Virus record (IMG/VR): IMGVR_UViG_3300020118_000165
Location: 7,703-71,702 of that record
Strand: one strand, 5' to 3'
Length of the DNA: 64,000 nt
From: a virus
In this document: positions 52,738 through 63,500 of the stretch, one piece after another
How positions within the stretch are numbered: the stretch's first letter is position 1
Layout of the letters: each line of letters opens with the position of its first letter
Program-made: the position numbers and the translations under genes
Notes under the pieces: model-generated
The model's database searches: none
Told to the model about the DNA's origin: nothing
Seen by the model: only the letters and a program-made list of their open reading frames with translations

Positions 52738-53426
52738 GCGATAGTCCCCATCCAGGCGTCATAGATTGACATATCTGACCAGCAATGCGTTATCCAGTCG
52801 AGGTTGCGACCGGCGACGTTCTCCGACGTAAGCTCGCGGCGGTCGTTGCGGAACGCCTTCCAGGGCATCATGCGCAGGTGGCCCTGAAGTAGATTGAACA
52901 GGACGCTCTCGCTCGTGACCGGATACTTCTTCAGCGTCGGCCAGTCATACCGGCCTATCAGGTCGCTGTCTCGCACGTACCCGACGCGGAGGAACATCAA
53001 CCCAGTCTCGATCCAGCGCGGCTCGCGGCCGTTCTTCATCCCGTCGATGTAAGCAGACTGCGCGTCTATGCCGTCGCGCGCCATCTGCTCGCAAATCTCC
53101 ATGACCGGGAGGCGACATAGGCTGTCCGATTCTATGTGGACCACGTAGTCGTATCCCTCGTTGATCGCGTATTGCAGGCCAGTCGTGAACGCTCTGCCCC
53201 ATCCGTCGCGGCCGCCCTTGACCGCGCTGCCGATGTCGTCGGGGAAGGTCAAATAGCCAACTTCCGCAGGGATCACGCGCCCTACCGGCCACTTCGACCC
53301 GCCGCCGTCCACCAGCAGGAAGTCGCAGTCCGGATTGAGCCTGCGGTGCAGCGCGATCCACCGCTTGAGCAGGTCCTCGCGGTGCTGGTCGGAAATCCAT
53401 AGAGTACCAAATATCAGGACGCGCAC
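52734..53426 (-). CDS. GT-A-like glycosyltransferase (start reassigned to GTG 53426)
   Basis: GGAGG SD; FLLVD, GWGRAF, YDYVVHIESD; paralog of the middle domain of the upstream gene. Confidence 0.7.
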   Translation of the reverse strand: MRVLIFGTLWISDQHREDLLKRWIALHRRLNPDCDFLLVDGGGSKWPVGRVIPAEVGYLTFPDDIGSAVKGGRDGWGRAFTTGLQYAINEGYDYVVHIESDSLCRLPVMEICEQMARDGIDAQSAYIDGMKNGREPRWIETGLMFLRVGYVRDSDLIGRYDWPTLKKYPVTSESVLFNLLQGHLRMMPWKAFRNDRRELTSENVAGRNLDWITHCWSDMSIYDAWMGTIA

Positions 53427-55768
53427 GATGCCTCCGCGATCAGCGTCTCGATCAGGAAGAATTTGTCGCCGATGACCCTGTGGTGGGTCTCGACGCCAAC
53501 GAGCGCTTGGTGCCGCGACTTGTGCGGCTCGCACCGATCGACCTTGTCGAACCCGGCATAGAACAGCAGCGCCTCGAGCAGCGACCACGTCCACGGCGAG
53601 CGACTGCCCCAAGCGTAGAGGATCGACCGCACCGGTCCGCCGTTCTTCGCGGCGTTGGCGACATACTCCGGATCCGTGCACCCAGCGATCTGCTCCAGAG
53701 ACGGGACCGCTATCCGCAGGACGCCCCCGAGCTTTAGCACCCGCCGGCACTCCTTGAGCATTGCAATAGCTTCATACTGTCCCATCTTCTGCGCGCGGTG
53801 CTCGCAGACCAGGAAATCGACTGACACGTCAAAGAACGGTAGCGGCTTGGAGGCGTCCACGTCGAAGTCGTCCGGCCCGTAGCCGAGCTTCACGACCTTC
53901 GGCGCCACACTGGCACCTCCGCCCACAAACCTGTCGTACACCTCATCCCGGTCCCAGCAGTGCGTCACCCAGTCTAGCTCGCCCACGTTATCCGGCGTTA
54001 TCGGCTTCTTGTTGCCGCGCCAGCTCTTCCACGGCATCATCTTGAGGTCGTTTCCAAGCAGACCGCGCACCACCTTCTCCGGCGTCGGCGTCACCTTCCT
54101 GCGCTCCCAGGCATAACGCTCCGTGAGCTTGCTCTCTGCGAGATACTTCGTCGAGAAGAACATGAGGCCGGTCTCGACCCACCCCGTCTCGAACTCCGAG
54201 ATATTCAGCCCCATCCGCGCGACCGGAGTGGAGGCGACCTTGGTGCCGTCCCTCGCCATCTCGCTGACGATAGGCGCAACCGGAAGGCGAAACAGGCTAT
54301 CGCCCTCGATATGGACCGCGTGCGAGTATCCCCCAGCCACGGCCGCATCCAGCCCGAAGCAGAGCGCGCGGCCCCATCCGTCCCGGCCACCGCGCGAGAG
54401 GTGCCCTACGTTGTCCGAGAACGAGTGCCATGCCCTGCGCTGGCGTGTCCCGGGCTCATGCTTGGCCCAGCCCGCCAAGTCCGTCTCCAGCAGGTCGATC
54501 CATTTCGGGGATGCGGAATCGACGAGCAGGAAGTCGCACTGCGGGTTCACTTTCTGGTGCCACGCTATCCAGTGGCGCAGGAGCCTCAGCCGGTGCGGCG
54601 AGTCCACGTAGCACGTGCCGACGATGAGCGTCCTGTGCCTCTGGCCATGCTCGGCGACGAAGGCCCGCACCCTCTCGATTGCCGGGGGGAGCGTGATGCG
54701 CTTGTCGCAGTTGTGCGAGTGGCTGTGGCAGTCGCAGGGCCGGTCGGGGTCTATGCCGAGCGTCGGCGCGAGGTGCGCGCCTGCGGCCTGCGTCGTGCGG
54801 AAGCTTTCACGCCCCCCGTAGACCACGATCGACGGGGTGCCGACCGCCTGCGCCAGTACAGGAGCAAAGCCCGCGTTGCAGAACACCAAGTCGGCCTCGG
54901 CCCACAGCGCGGCCATGGTCGGGAAGTCGAGCTCCCCCTTGTGAAGCTTCACGTCGACGTCCGCCTCCGGGCCAACCGTCCATTCCAGCCCCGGCACCAA
55001 GTCGGCTACGCTGACCACGAAGTATTGGTCGCGGACGGTCCTGTAGATCGCGTCGTAGGCCGCCGGATCGGGGTTCCTGGTCGCGCCGCTCCACTCCTTG
55101 CGCAGCACGATCGGCCGGTGGACCATCAGCCTCCTGCCGCCCAAATCCCACCCGGCGACGAGCGCTCGAGCGGCGACGACCCATTCCGGCCTGAGTGGGA
55201 GCGAGAAGTCGGGCCGGTCGGTCTTGACCCCGAACCGCGCCATGACCGTCGCCAGGATGGACCCGTGCAGGTCGATCTCAGGTTTGCCGTATCCGAGCTT
55301 CTTGGACTGGGCCCCAGGAGGAATGGTAGTCGGGCCGAACAGGTGCCGCTCCCGCTGCATGGTACGCGCCTGCGCCCGCAGGCTGGTCGGCTGGGCGACC
55401 ATGTGCAGGCCCTGCTCGATCAGGTCGTGGTACATCAGGTAATGGCAGGACTTGAGCCACACCTCGTGCGTTTTCATCATCTCGCGCAAGGCGGCACGCT
55501 GGTGCAGGCAGTCGCCTATGCCGACCATGCCGTTGATGACGACGGGAGGCTTGCGCCCCATAACCTCGCCGTTCACCTCCACCACGAGGTCGTCCTTGAG
55601 CGACCGCAGGTGGTCCACGATGTGGCGCGCGAGCCGGACGTTCGCTACCGCCTGTCCGGGGGAAACCCTGATCGCCTTCTGCGATCCCTCGATGCCGTCG
55701 TGGATGATGCGCGGCGTCCTGGTCGGGTTGCGCAGGTTGACGCGATCGATGATGATGGCCGGGATCAT
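53414..55768 (-). CDS. Four-domain enzyme: capsid-adjacent-protein-like N-domain, GT9 (GT-B), GT-A-like, methyltransferase-like
   Basis: GIGD, ADLVFCNAGF..LAQAVGTPSIVVYG; FLLVD...VHIEGD; RVLKLGGVLRIAVP. Confidence 0.8.
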   Translation of the reverse strand: MIPAIIIDRVNLRNPTRTPRIIHDGIEGSQKAIRVSPGQAVANVRLARHIVDHLRSLKDDLVVEVNGEVMGRKPPVVINGMVGIGDCLHQRAALREMMKTHEVWLKSCHYLMYHDLIEQGLHMVAQPTSLRAQARTMQRERHLFGPTTIPPGAQSKKLGYGKPEIDLHGSILATVMARFGVKTDRPDFSLPLRPEWVVAARALVAGWDLGGRRLMVHRPIVLRKEWSGATRNPDPAAYDAIYRTVRDQYFVVSVADLVPGLEWTVGPEADVDVKLHKGELDFPTMAALWAEADLVFCNAGFAPVLAQAVGTPSIVVYGGRESFRTTQAAGAHLAPTLGIDPDRPCDCHSHSHNCDKRITLPPAIERVRAFVAEHGQRHRTLIVGTCYVDSPHRLRLLRHWIAWHQKVNPQCDFLLVDSASPKWIDLLETDLAGWAKHEPGTRQRRAWHSFSDNVGHLSRGGRDGWGRALCFGLDAAVAGGYSHAVHIEGDSLFRLPVAPIVSEMARDGTKVASTPVARMGLNISEFETGWVETGLMFFSTKYLAESKLTERYAWERRKVTPTPEKVVRGLLGNDLKMMPWKSWRGNKKPITPDNVGELDWVTHCWDRDEVYDRFVGGGASVAPKVVKLGYGPDDFDVDASKPLPFFDVSVDFLVCEHRAQKMGQYEAIAMLKECRRVLKLGGVLRIAVPSLEQIAGCTDPEYVANAAKNGGPVRSILYAWGSRSPWTWSLLEALLFYAGFDKVDRCEPHKSRHQALVGVETHHRVIGDKFFLIETLIAEASCAS

Positions 55769-56307
55769 GGCACGAAATACGTAACCTGGGTTAGCACAGT
55801 TTGTTTCACGCTAAGTCCAGCCTCATTGATCGCGCGTTTCACTCCTGGACAGTAATCACATCCATAATCGTCGAATACGATGACGCCGCCAGAGGCCATG
55901 CGCGGCAGGAACCAGGTAATGGCGTCTCGGGTCGAGAGATAAAAGTCAAAATCCAAATACACGAAGGCGAAGGCAATCTCGCCAAGCATAGCACACGACC
56001 GCGGGAAAACTCCCGGCACAAGAACGATATTCTTAAATGCAGCCGTGTTCGTCCTCACGATCTCTAGCGTAGTCTGGCCGAACTCACCGATTGGGTGACG
56101 ATCGCCGTCGCTCCGCGCTTCTTCTGGTAGGCCAGTAAATGTATCGAAGCCATAGACGGTCTTGGCTGGAAGAGCCTCGGCGATAGCACAGAGGCAGCCA
56201 CCCAGGAATACGCCGCACTCCGCGGCGTCACCGGGTACTTGTTCTGCGTCGCGAGCAAGCGCAATGAGCGACGCACGCTTCTCATCAATAGTGGTTGAAA
56301 AGATCAC
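55765..56307 (-). CDS. TylF/MycF-family O-methyltransferase
   Basis: GDAAECGVFLG, FDTFTGLP, VYLDFDFY.S, GGVIVFDDY. Confidence 0.88.
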   Translation of the reverse strand: MIFSTTIDEKRASLIALARDAEQVPGDAAECGVFLGGCLCAIAEALPAKTVYGFDTFTGLPEEARSDGDRHPIGEFGQTTLEIVRTNTAAFKNIVLVPGVFPRSCAMLGEIAFAFVYLDFDFYLSTRDAITWFLPRMASGGVIVFDDYGCDYCPGVKRAINEAGLSVKQTVLTQVTYFVP

Positions 56308-56313
56308 TTGCCT

Positions 56314-57228
56314 TCACGCCACCTTCCAGAACTGTTTGTTATTTTCCGGGAGCTTGTAGGTCGTCGCTCTGTTGCACTTCTTGCAGATGGTGTTGGCCGG
56401 CCCGAGTTTCGTGTTCTCCGCCCGCAGCCGCCCCATCCCCGGCGACTCGAACAGCGAGTAGTAGTCCCCCGTCAGCAGGTTGCCGACTTTGTGCTTCAGC
56501 GAGTAGTCCATGCAGCACAGCACCACGTCACCGTTCGGCAGGACGACGTTGTGGTCGTAAAACTGGGTAAAGCTGCAGCTCACGGGTCCAGAGTGGTTCA
56601 CCGCCCTGTCGAGCGGCTGGTTGGCCACCGCCTCGGTATCCAGGCTCCCGGCCCGGTCCAGCCCCGACCAGGACGACGAGGTCGCTGGTAGCTTGACGGA
56701 CGGGTGCACGCGCGACCGCCCGTCCATCGTCATGGCGCGGAACGAGCGCAGGCCCTTCCCCGCCGCCGCGAAGATGCCGAGCACCTCGTCGTACTCCGCG
56801 GACGGCTTGTACCCGCGCATGTTGCCATTCGCGTCCGGCAGGTGGAGCACCACCTCCTTGACCTGCTCGCGGTGCTCCAGCAGCAGGGCCACGACCCGGC
56901 GCGCTTCCTGTGCACTCAGGCCGTACAACGTGGTGTAGACCACCGCGTGGTATCCGCGCTTGAGCGTCAACTCCAGCATCTCCGTCGCGTTCGGGTTCGC
57001 CCACGGCTCCGACATGCCCGAGAAGTCGATCTGCACATGGTTAGGCACTTTGGATAGGATCGTGGTGAAGTTAGCGACCGTCATGTACTTCTCGGCGTCG
57101 CCGTAGCTCGCCTTCAGCTTATTTTGCGGACAGTATGAACACATCAACGGGCATCCGACAACGGTCGTCAGCTCAAGGGCAGGCATAGCTGGACTCCCCC
57201 TATCTTTGACGGACAATGCTTGTGCCAT
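56314..57228 (-). CDS. Radical SAM protein with SPASM/Twitch domain
   Basis: CPLMCSYC, FSGMSEP, C...VLPNGDVVLCCMD...CKKC. Confidence 0.9.
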   Translation of the reverse strand: MAQALSVKDRGSPAMPALELTTVVGCPLMCSYCPQNKLKASYGDAEKYMTVANFTTILSKVPNHVQIDFSGMSEPWANPNATEMLELTLKRGYHAVVYTTLYGLSAQEARRVVALLLEHREQVKEVVLHLPDANGNMRGYKPSAEYDEVLGIFAAAGKGLRSFRAMTMDGRSRVHPSVKLPATSSSWSGLDRAGSLDTEAVANQPLDRAVNHSGPVSCSFTQFYDHNVVLPNGDVVLCCMDYSLKHKVGNLLTGDYYSLFESPGMGRLRAENTKLGPANTICKKCNRATTYKLPENNKQFWKVA

Positions 57229-57794
57229 TCCGCAAGATCGAGGATTCTTTTTGCGCTATTGCACGAAAAACAAATTATCCTCGTATTGCTGGGCACGTGG
57301 TGGCCACCTCGGTAGAGTGAAACGATATGATCAATCGACGGCGCGTTCGACATATGACCGCGTCCAACCATCTTGACTCCGCAGTCGGGGCAACATCTGT
57401 CGCGCGGCATGACAGGAACGTGATCAATAAATGGCATAGCCAATTTTCTCGCTCGCCACTTGTGCCATTTTTCCCTGGACTTTTCCGGATTGCGTTCGCG
57501 CCACCGACGATTCCGCTCGCGAGCCATCTCTCTAATTCGTTCTGCATGCGCCTTTCGGTTTCTCCTATCCATCGCTGCTTGTTTTTCTGGATTTGCTTTT
57601 CTCCACCGTCGATTATATTCAAGTGCCTTCTTAACATTCGCTTTGTAGTAGCGCCGCTGTGATGCCCTTTGTTGCGCGGCGACCTTCTCTGGATTTAATG
57701 CTTTGTAGCGCGCCTGTCTGGCTAGGACTTTCTCACGATTGGCTTTATAATACTGCCGTTGATATTCACGCTTTTCCTCGCGACTTGCTGGCAT
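57168..57794 (-). CDS. HNH endonuclease with basic repetitive N-terminus
   Basis: CPDC...IDHIVSL..GG.H..SN...CFSCNSAK; AT-richer DNA. Confidence 0.88.
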   Translation of the reverse strand: MPASREEKREYQRQYYKANREKVLARQARYKALNPEKVAAQQRASQRRYYKANVKKALEYNRRWRKANPEKQAAMDRRNRKAHAERIREMARERNRRWRERNPEKSREKWHKWRARKLAMPFIDHVPVMPRDRCCPDCGVKMVGRGHMSNAPSIDHIVSLYRGGHHVPSNTRIICFSCNSAKRILDLAEWHKHCPSKIGGVQLCLPLS

Positions 57795-57795
57795 A

Positions 57796-58848
57796 TCACA
57801 TAGCCACCGTTCTGCTGATCTCGTTCAGGTTAGTTCCGTCGCCCACGAACGATATCGTGAACACCTTGCCGGACGCGGTCCCGGTCGCCAGCACACCGGT
57901 GGACTTGAAGCTCGTCGTCGGCGTGATGTTGTAGCTGGTCGCCCCGGAGGTCGTCACCACCAGCGTGATATGGGCACCGACTGGCGCCGAAGCCGCGTTG
58001 AGGGTGATGTCCCCGGTAGGCGTGACCTTGAAAACGTCGCCGAGCGCGGGATTGAGAGATACGGTCCCGGTTGTTCCTAGCACAGTAGCCGTAGGCTGCC
58101 GGTTCTGCGCCGCCGTCGCGTGGTCGTTGAGCTGCGTGTAGGAGATGGAGAGCAGAGACTGGTTGAGGTTGTGCCAGTTCGATCCGTTCCACGACAGCAG
58201 GTCCCCGGGGTCGAACGGGCTGATCTTGATGATGGCGCCGAGACCCGCCTCGTTCTGCCAGTGCGTTCCGTTCCACACCAGGGAATCGTTCGCGTCGAGC
58301 GGGCTGACGAGGGCCACGTCCTCCAGGTCCGCGAGGACGTTGTCCTTCCAATACACGTCGAAGTCGGCGCCGGTTCGCTTGGCCAAGACCTCGTTCGCGT
58401 CCCCGTGCGGCGGCAGCACGTCGCTCGGGGCCGTGAGGAGGAGGCCATATAGCCTGTGGCCCATGCCGTCCGTCGCGTTCGGGTCGAACGTCGCCGCCGA
58501 CGTGTGCCCTACCAGGACTATGTAGAGCGAGCCGTCCTCGTCGAAAACGTCGTATATCGCGTAGACGGTAAGCGGCGCCCACATGCCGTGGTTGTCGGTG
58601 CGCCGGTTCCAGATCGCCACGGGGAGCGTGAACGGCCCCTGCAGCGTGTGGTCCGTCATGTGGAACGTCAGCTGGTTCCCGACCTGCGTGATGTAGTCGA
58701 TGCTGACGAGGAGCTCCTGGTGGTCCTCCAGCGCGTCGAGCCGCGTCTCGGAGTCCCAGAAATTCAGATCGACCTCGACACTCGTGAGGTTCCGGTTGAG
58801 GCCGAAGCCCCAGCGCGTGAGGTCGTCGGTGCGATATACCTTGGCCAT
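57796..58848 (-). CDS. Tail fibre/receptor-binding-like protein
   Basis: EVDLNF, carbohydrate-binding-like W....Y...D......Y....HTS, repeated L.WNG..W.N. Confidence 0.65.
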   Translation of the reverse strand: MAKVYRTDDLTRWGFGLNRNLTSVEVDLNFWDSETRLDALEDHQELLVSIDYITQVGNQLTFHMTDHTLQGPFTLPVAIWNRRTDNHGMWAPLTVYAIYDVFDEDGSLYIVLVGHTSAATFDPNATDGMGHRLYGLLLTAPSDVLPPHGDANEVLAKRTGADFDVYWKDNVLADLEDVALVSPLDANDSLVWNGTHWQNEAGLGAIIKISPFDPGDLLSWNGSNWHNLNQSLLSISYTQLNDHATAAQNRQPTATVLGTTGTVSLNPALGDVFKVTPTGDITLNAASAPVGAHITLVVTTSGATSYNITPTTSFKSTGVLATGTASGKVFTISFVGDGTNLNEISRTVAM

Positions 58849-58872
58849 TTGTATCCGCCGCCTTTGGCCTCT

Positions 58873-60306
58873 CTACGGGAACACGTTCGCCGGGATCGGC
58901 GGGCCGCCGAATTTGTAATTGGTCGAATGCCCGGTCTCGACGTAGACTCCGACGTCATGGACCGTGGTCCCAAAGGGCCACGCATCAGTTATTCGTCGAT
59001 AGGTCGGAGCAGATGGCCACACTGCTGGCCCAGGGGCGCCAGACCCGTTGACGTTTTCCACGGTCCCGATGCTAAGAGTAAACTGTCCCCCGACGTACAG
59101 ACTAGTTATACGGTCTGGGCCACTATTAGGCCCGCTGGTATTCCCGATCGGGATCACCTGCCCGCCGATGCTGCAGCCAGCGAGACCTGCGATCCCAACC
59201 GCATTAACAAAAACATAGGGGCCCTGTTGACCGAATGGAAGCGGACCGTCGTCGTACAGTCCGTTTACGAACACGATGTCCGTGTAATCTTCCTGCCCGC
59301 TTATCGCGAACTGGATATCCAACTGGTGGCCAATCGGCGGGACCGAACTCAGCTTGAAGGTGAACGACTGCGAGTACCCGAAAACGGCCGGTCCCGGCCC
59401 GGGGGCGGGGCTGAGCCCACCTCCATCTGGTGCATTCCCCTCGAAGAACGACGACTGGGATTGGCTGACCAGCGTCAGCCCTAGCGGCAATGTCCCAATA
59501 AGCCCGACCTGCGTAGACGGCGCAGTAATGACAGTGAAATAACCGACGTCGAATAGCGATGGAATGTTGTGCCCGATGACGTAGTCTGACCAGGTGAAGG
59601 TTACGGTGAACTCATACGTCTTCCAGCTCACGTTGACGGGGTTCTGAAAAATGTCGAACCGCCACGGCGGGTTGATCGTGGTCGAGTCGCTGACGACGAG
59701 CGGCAGCGACGTGTCCACCTTGGCGAAGGTCGGCTTGTATGGGTCTGAGCCGTCGTTGACCGGATCGCCCGGGTCGGGGTTGCGCAGCGTGTAGATGTAT
59801 CCCTGGCCATACTCCTTCGCGTCCACGAACTCCACTTCGTCCATAATCTCGAAGTCGATCCACGGCACGCCGTCGATGGTGTTGTCGGATGTGTAGCGGA
59901 CGAAATGGCTCAGGCGATGCGCCTTGTCCGTGTTGTTGTCCCCGCCCGGCGTCTGCGGCGGTGGGTCGTTGTTGAACAGTGCATATTTTCGCTCCTGCGC
60001 GTAATCCTTCGGATCGATGAAACTGGTGAAGTCCGTCCGCTCAACCTCCAAGGAGCTGCTGCCATCCAGCGTCACGTTTCCGTCCGGCCCTACCGACGCG
60101 TGCTTGACGGTGTGCGTGTGCCCTATCCGGCTGGACTGGTCCGTGTTGTTGATCCTGTGGACGAACTCCTGCCCGTATGCTTTCGCGTCCCGGAACGTAA
60201 TCTCAGAGATGATCGGGACGTCCACGCAGTCTCCGGGCGTTGTCGGGTCGCCTCCGGGCTTGACGACCCGCAGCCTGACCGACTTGCGCGAGGTCTCGCT
60301 AGGCAT
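58873..60306 (-). CDS. Tail-associated protein with three F.D.K.Y.Q repeats
   Basis: FRDAKAYGQ, FIDPKDYAQ, FVDAKEYGQ; tail synteny. Confidence 0.55.
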   Translation of the reverse strand: MPSETSRKSVRLRVVKPGGDPTTPGDCVDVPIISEITFRDAKAYGQEFVHRINNTDQSSRIGHTHTVKHASVGPDGNVTLDGSSSLEVERTDFTSFIDPKDYAQERKYALFNNDPPPQTPGGDNNTDKAHRLSHFVRYTSDNTIDGVPWIDFEIMDEVEFVDAKEYGQGYIYTLRNPDPGDPVNDGSDPYKPTFAKVDTSLPLVVSDSTTINPPWRFDIFQNPVNVSWKTYEFTVTFTWSDYVIGHNIPSLFDVGYFTVITAPSTQVGLIGTLPLGLTLVSQSQSSFFEGNAPDGGGLSPAPGPGPAVFGYSQSFTFKLSSVPPIGHQLDIQFAISGQEDYTDIVFVNGLYDDGPLPFGQQGPYVFVNAVGIAGLAGCSIGGQVIPIGNTSGPNSGPDRITSLYVGGQFTLSIGTVENVNGSGAPGPAVWPSAPTYRRITDAWPFGTTVHDVGVYVETGHSTNYKFGGPPIPANVFP

Positions 60307-60502
60307 TCTTCAGCGTCTCCTTCGGCCGCTTCTTCACGTACACGGTCGTCGTCAGCGAGGCGATCCCGGTGAAGGACTTCACGCCCTGGCCGACGATGGC
60401 CACGAACAGCACCGGAGGGGCGACCTTGCGCGTGATCTGCAGCGCCTGCCCGCGCGCGTCGGTCTGGAACGGCCGGACGACTTGCTCCAGCGGGTTGCTC
60501 AT
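60299..60502 (-). CDS. Small tail-associated protein
   Basis: MSNPLEQVVRPFQT...; ATGA-coupled. Confidence 0.55.
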   Translation of the reverse strand: MSNPLEQVVRPFQTDARGQALQITRKVAPPVLFVAIVGQGVKSFTGIASLTTTVYVKKRPKETLKNA

Positions 60503-63500
60503 GGCGAGGACGGGGCCTGCAGGTCGATGGTCATCGGAATGGACAGGTTGCTGGTCGCGATCTCGAACACCTGGCCGAACGGACCGCCGTTGATCCCAGG
60601 AAGAGATAGCACGTACTGCGCTGCGCGCTCGGCATCCTGCTGGAAGCCCAGCTGCTGGATCTGCTTGTTCAGCCATATCTGCCGCGCCAGCAGGGTCTGC
60701 GGGTTGAGAGCGCCGAAGGGCGTGAGGAATCCAGGCTCCCCGGAGATGTTCACCCCGAATATGCCGATGTTGGCCTGCATGAACGCCACCTTCTCGGCGA
60801 TCGCCACGACCTGCGCGTCGGCGTTGCCGATCACGTTGTTCGCGATCACGTCGGCTTTCGTGAGCGGGAAGCGCAGGCCGTCGTCCACCCCCTGCCCACC
60901 CCGCGGCGGCGTGTAAGCCACGTCGCCGGTGTCGAGAAGGTTCTCCGCCCCGTCGTACATCTGGTAGCCGATATCGACGTAATCTGTGTCGCAGTACTCC
61001 GGGGTGCCCTCGATCGCCCCTATCGAGTTTCCCAAGCCAACCGAGCAGCCGATCTTCACGTGACCGATCAGAAGCTGCGTGTCGCCGCTGGCGCTGAAGC
61101 TGTAGCTGATGATCTTTCCCGCCGCCACGCCGCCGGGAAGGCGCGGGTCGTAGAGCACCGCATTCTTGCGGCACGACAGCTGGATGGCCCGCTCGAAGGG
61201 GCAGTCGAACTCTATCTCGACGACCCGCGCCCTTATCCGCAGGCGAGCCGCCGCTCGCGCTATCAGGTGCTCTACGCTGCGCAGGCCCCGGTCCGTCGGG
61301 AAATACTCGCCAGACGCGACGTTCCCGATCGGGATGTAGACCGTGCTGGCGAACGGGCCCGTCGTGCTCGTCCCGCCCGACCCGTCCCCGAGGTTGAGGA
61401 AGTCCCCGGTCAGCGTCGCCAGCGCCGGCACCACGGGCCCCGGCACGGGCTGTCCGTTCGGCAGGAGGATGATGGGGCCGCGGCCGAGCGAGTCCAGGCC
61501 CGTCCCGGTGCTCGCCCCACCGGCGAGGACCAGGAGGAACGACGCGTCACTCTGGTACGGCCCGTCGATGATGGGCGGGGAGTAGATCAGCGACCCCGCG
61601 GGATAAAACGTCGAGTAGCCGATCGTCGGCACCGGGAGCGGCAGCGTCGGCCCCATGCTGGCCCAGGTGGCGAGGTTGTCGGACACCACGACCCCGGCCA
61701 CGTCGCTGAACGCCGGCTCGACCTCCCCCGTCAATCCCTCCGCGATGCAGACCTGGTAGCTGTTCTCGTTCTCGCGCAGGACGATGATCCCGACGGTCAC
61801 GACGGTATTGGCGATAGTCTGCCAATGCACCACGGTCGGCAGCAGCTCGCCCACGTCCGCGCCCTGCAGGCTAATGGTCTCGAAATCTGGCGTTTCACCC
61901 GGGGGCCCGAGCGGCGATTGCTCCTGCGTGAGCACCGGCTGGATATCCGACTGCAGCGTGAACCGTATGCGCTCGGTCCTCGGGCGCGACGCCTCGTACT
62001 CGACCGACATGTACGTCTCGACCAGCCACGGAAGCACGTAGAACGTCGTGATCTTGTCCGTGGCTGTGGGGATATCGACGAAGTCCGGGTCGCTTCCGTC
62101 GATGACCGCCGCGGTCCGCTCCTCCAGGAGCTTGTACGATAGAAAATCCTTGGATATCGACCCGTCGAACGACGGCACGGTCCATGATGACTGCGACGAC
62201 ATGATGTCGCCCTCCTGGTGCGTCGCCTCCGTGTTCTGGAACGCCGTGTTGATGGTCAGGAGCTCGGCAAACGCGGTGCCGAGCTTGTCGAGCGCGTAGC
62301 AGTAGCGCGTGCTCCAGCCGTCGCCGAGCGAGGTGTATGGTTTCGGCCACGCCGATATCAGCTGCTCGCCGATGTAGGTGCGCACGGTCTGCTGGCCCAG
62401 GTCGATCCCGCCCTTCGAGTACTGCGTCCAGTTGACCGTCGCGTCCATCTTGACGATCGACAGCGGCGACTGCTGCTTGCGTTGCTTGACGCTGTCGTAG
62501 GGGACCTCCTCCTGCTGGAAGACCTCCGTGCCGTCCTCCCCGACCAGCACGTCCGACGACGTCACTGCGTGCGTCACCCGGTCCACGTGCCACAGCCTGG
62601 AGTAGCCCTCGAGGATCGTGTTCGGGTCGTCCTGCTTGCTGATGTCGGCGAACACCGGGTCGTAGCCGGGCCGAGCGCGCAGTGCCTCGGCCGCCGCCTG
62701 CAGGCGGAAGGCGTAGTCGATCGGCTTGGCCACGTACTGCAGCGTAATGACCTCGTTCTCCATGTCGTCCGGTATCCCGACCAACCGCCCGAAGAACAGG
62801 GGCGTGACGAGGTCGGTCCTCCAGTCGCGGTAGGACAGCCACGCCCAGAGTTTCGCTCCCGGCTGCAGCAACCCATGGCGCGGGTTTTTGATGTCCACCG
62901 ACGCTTTGGCCACGTCGCTCTCGTCGTGCTCGACACTGAACGCAAGAACATCAAGGTCGTTGCGGACGAAGTTAGGGACGAAAAAGTTGTCCTCCGCGTC
63001 CACCAGCGCGAAGTAGAACGGCCCGGCCGTCTGTGTATGTACGTCAACGAAGGGAATTTCTGGCGTCAGGACGAGCGAGGCGCTGCCCGGGACGGCGTCG
63101 AACCTCAGCAATATCGCGGGGGCGTTGCCCGACAATACGAGATGGGCGGCGGGAGCAGCGATGCTGAGGATGACTTCCGGAGATTGGGCGGACAGCGAAG
63201 CCGATGCCGGACCGACGGTGACTTGGAGGCCAAGCCCGGGGGCGTTTTCCGCCAAGGAGATGCCGGCCGAGGGGACGGTGAGCGTGGAGGAGGAGACGAC
63301 CGGCGTCGAGGCGGAGAGCGCCAGCGCTTGGGCCCCGACGGACACCTGGAGATTGAGGCCCGGCGCGATCGCCGCCAACGCTAGGTCGGCCTCCGGGGCG
63401 ACGATTGAGATATATGCCGTCGGCGCGGCTTCTGACAGCGCGAGCGCGGCGGACGCGACCACCGGCACCATGCTGAAGGCGTCCGCGACGACCATCCAGT

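Noticed and set aside
54311-55855. 514-aa plus-strand ORF
   Set aside because: Antisense shadow of the glycosyltransferase
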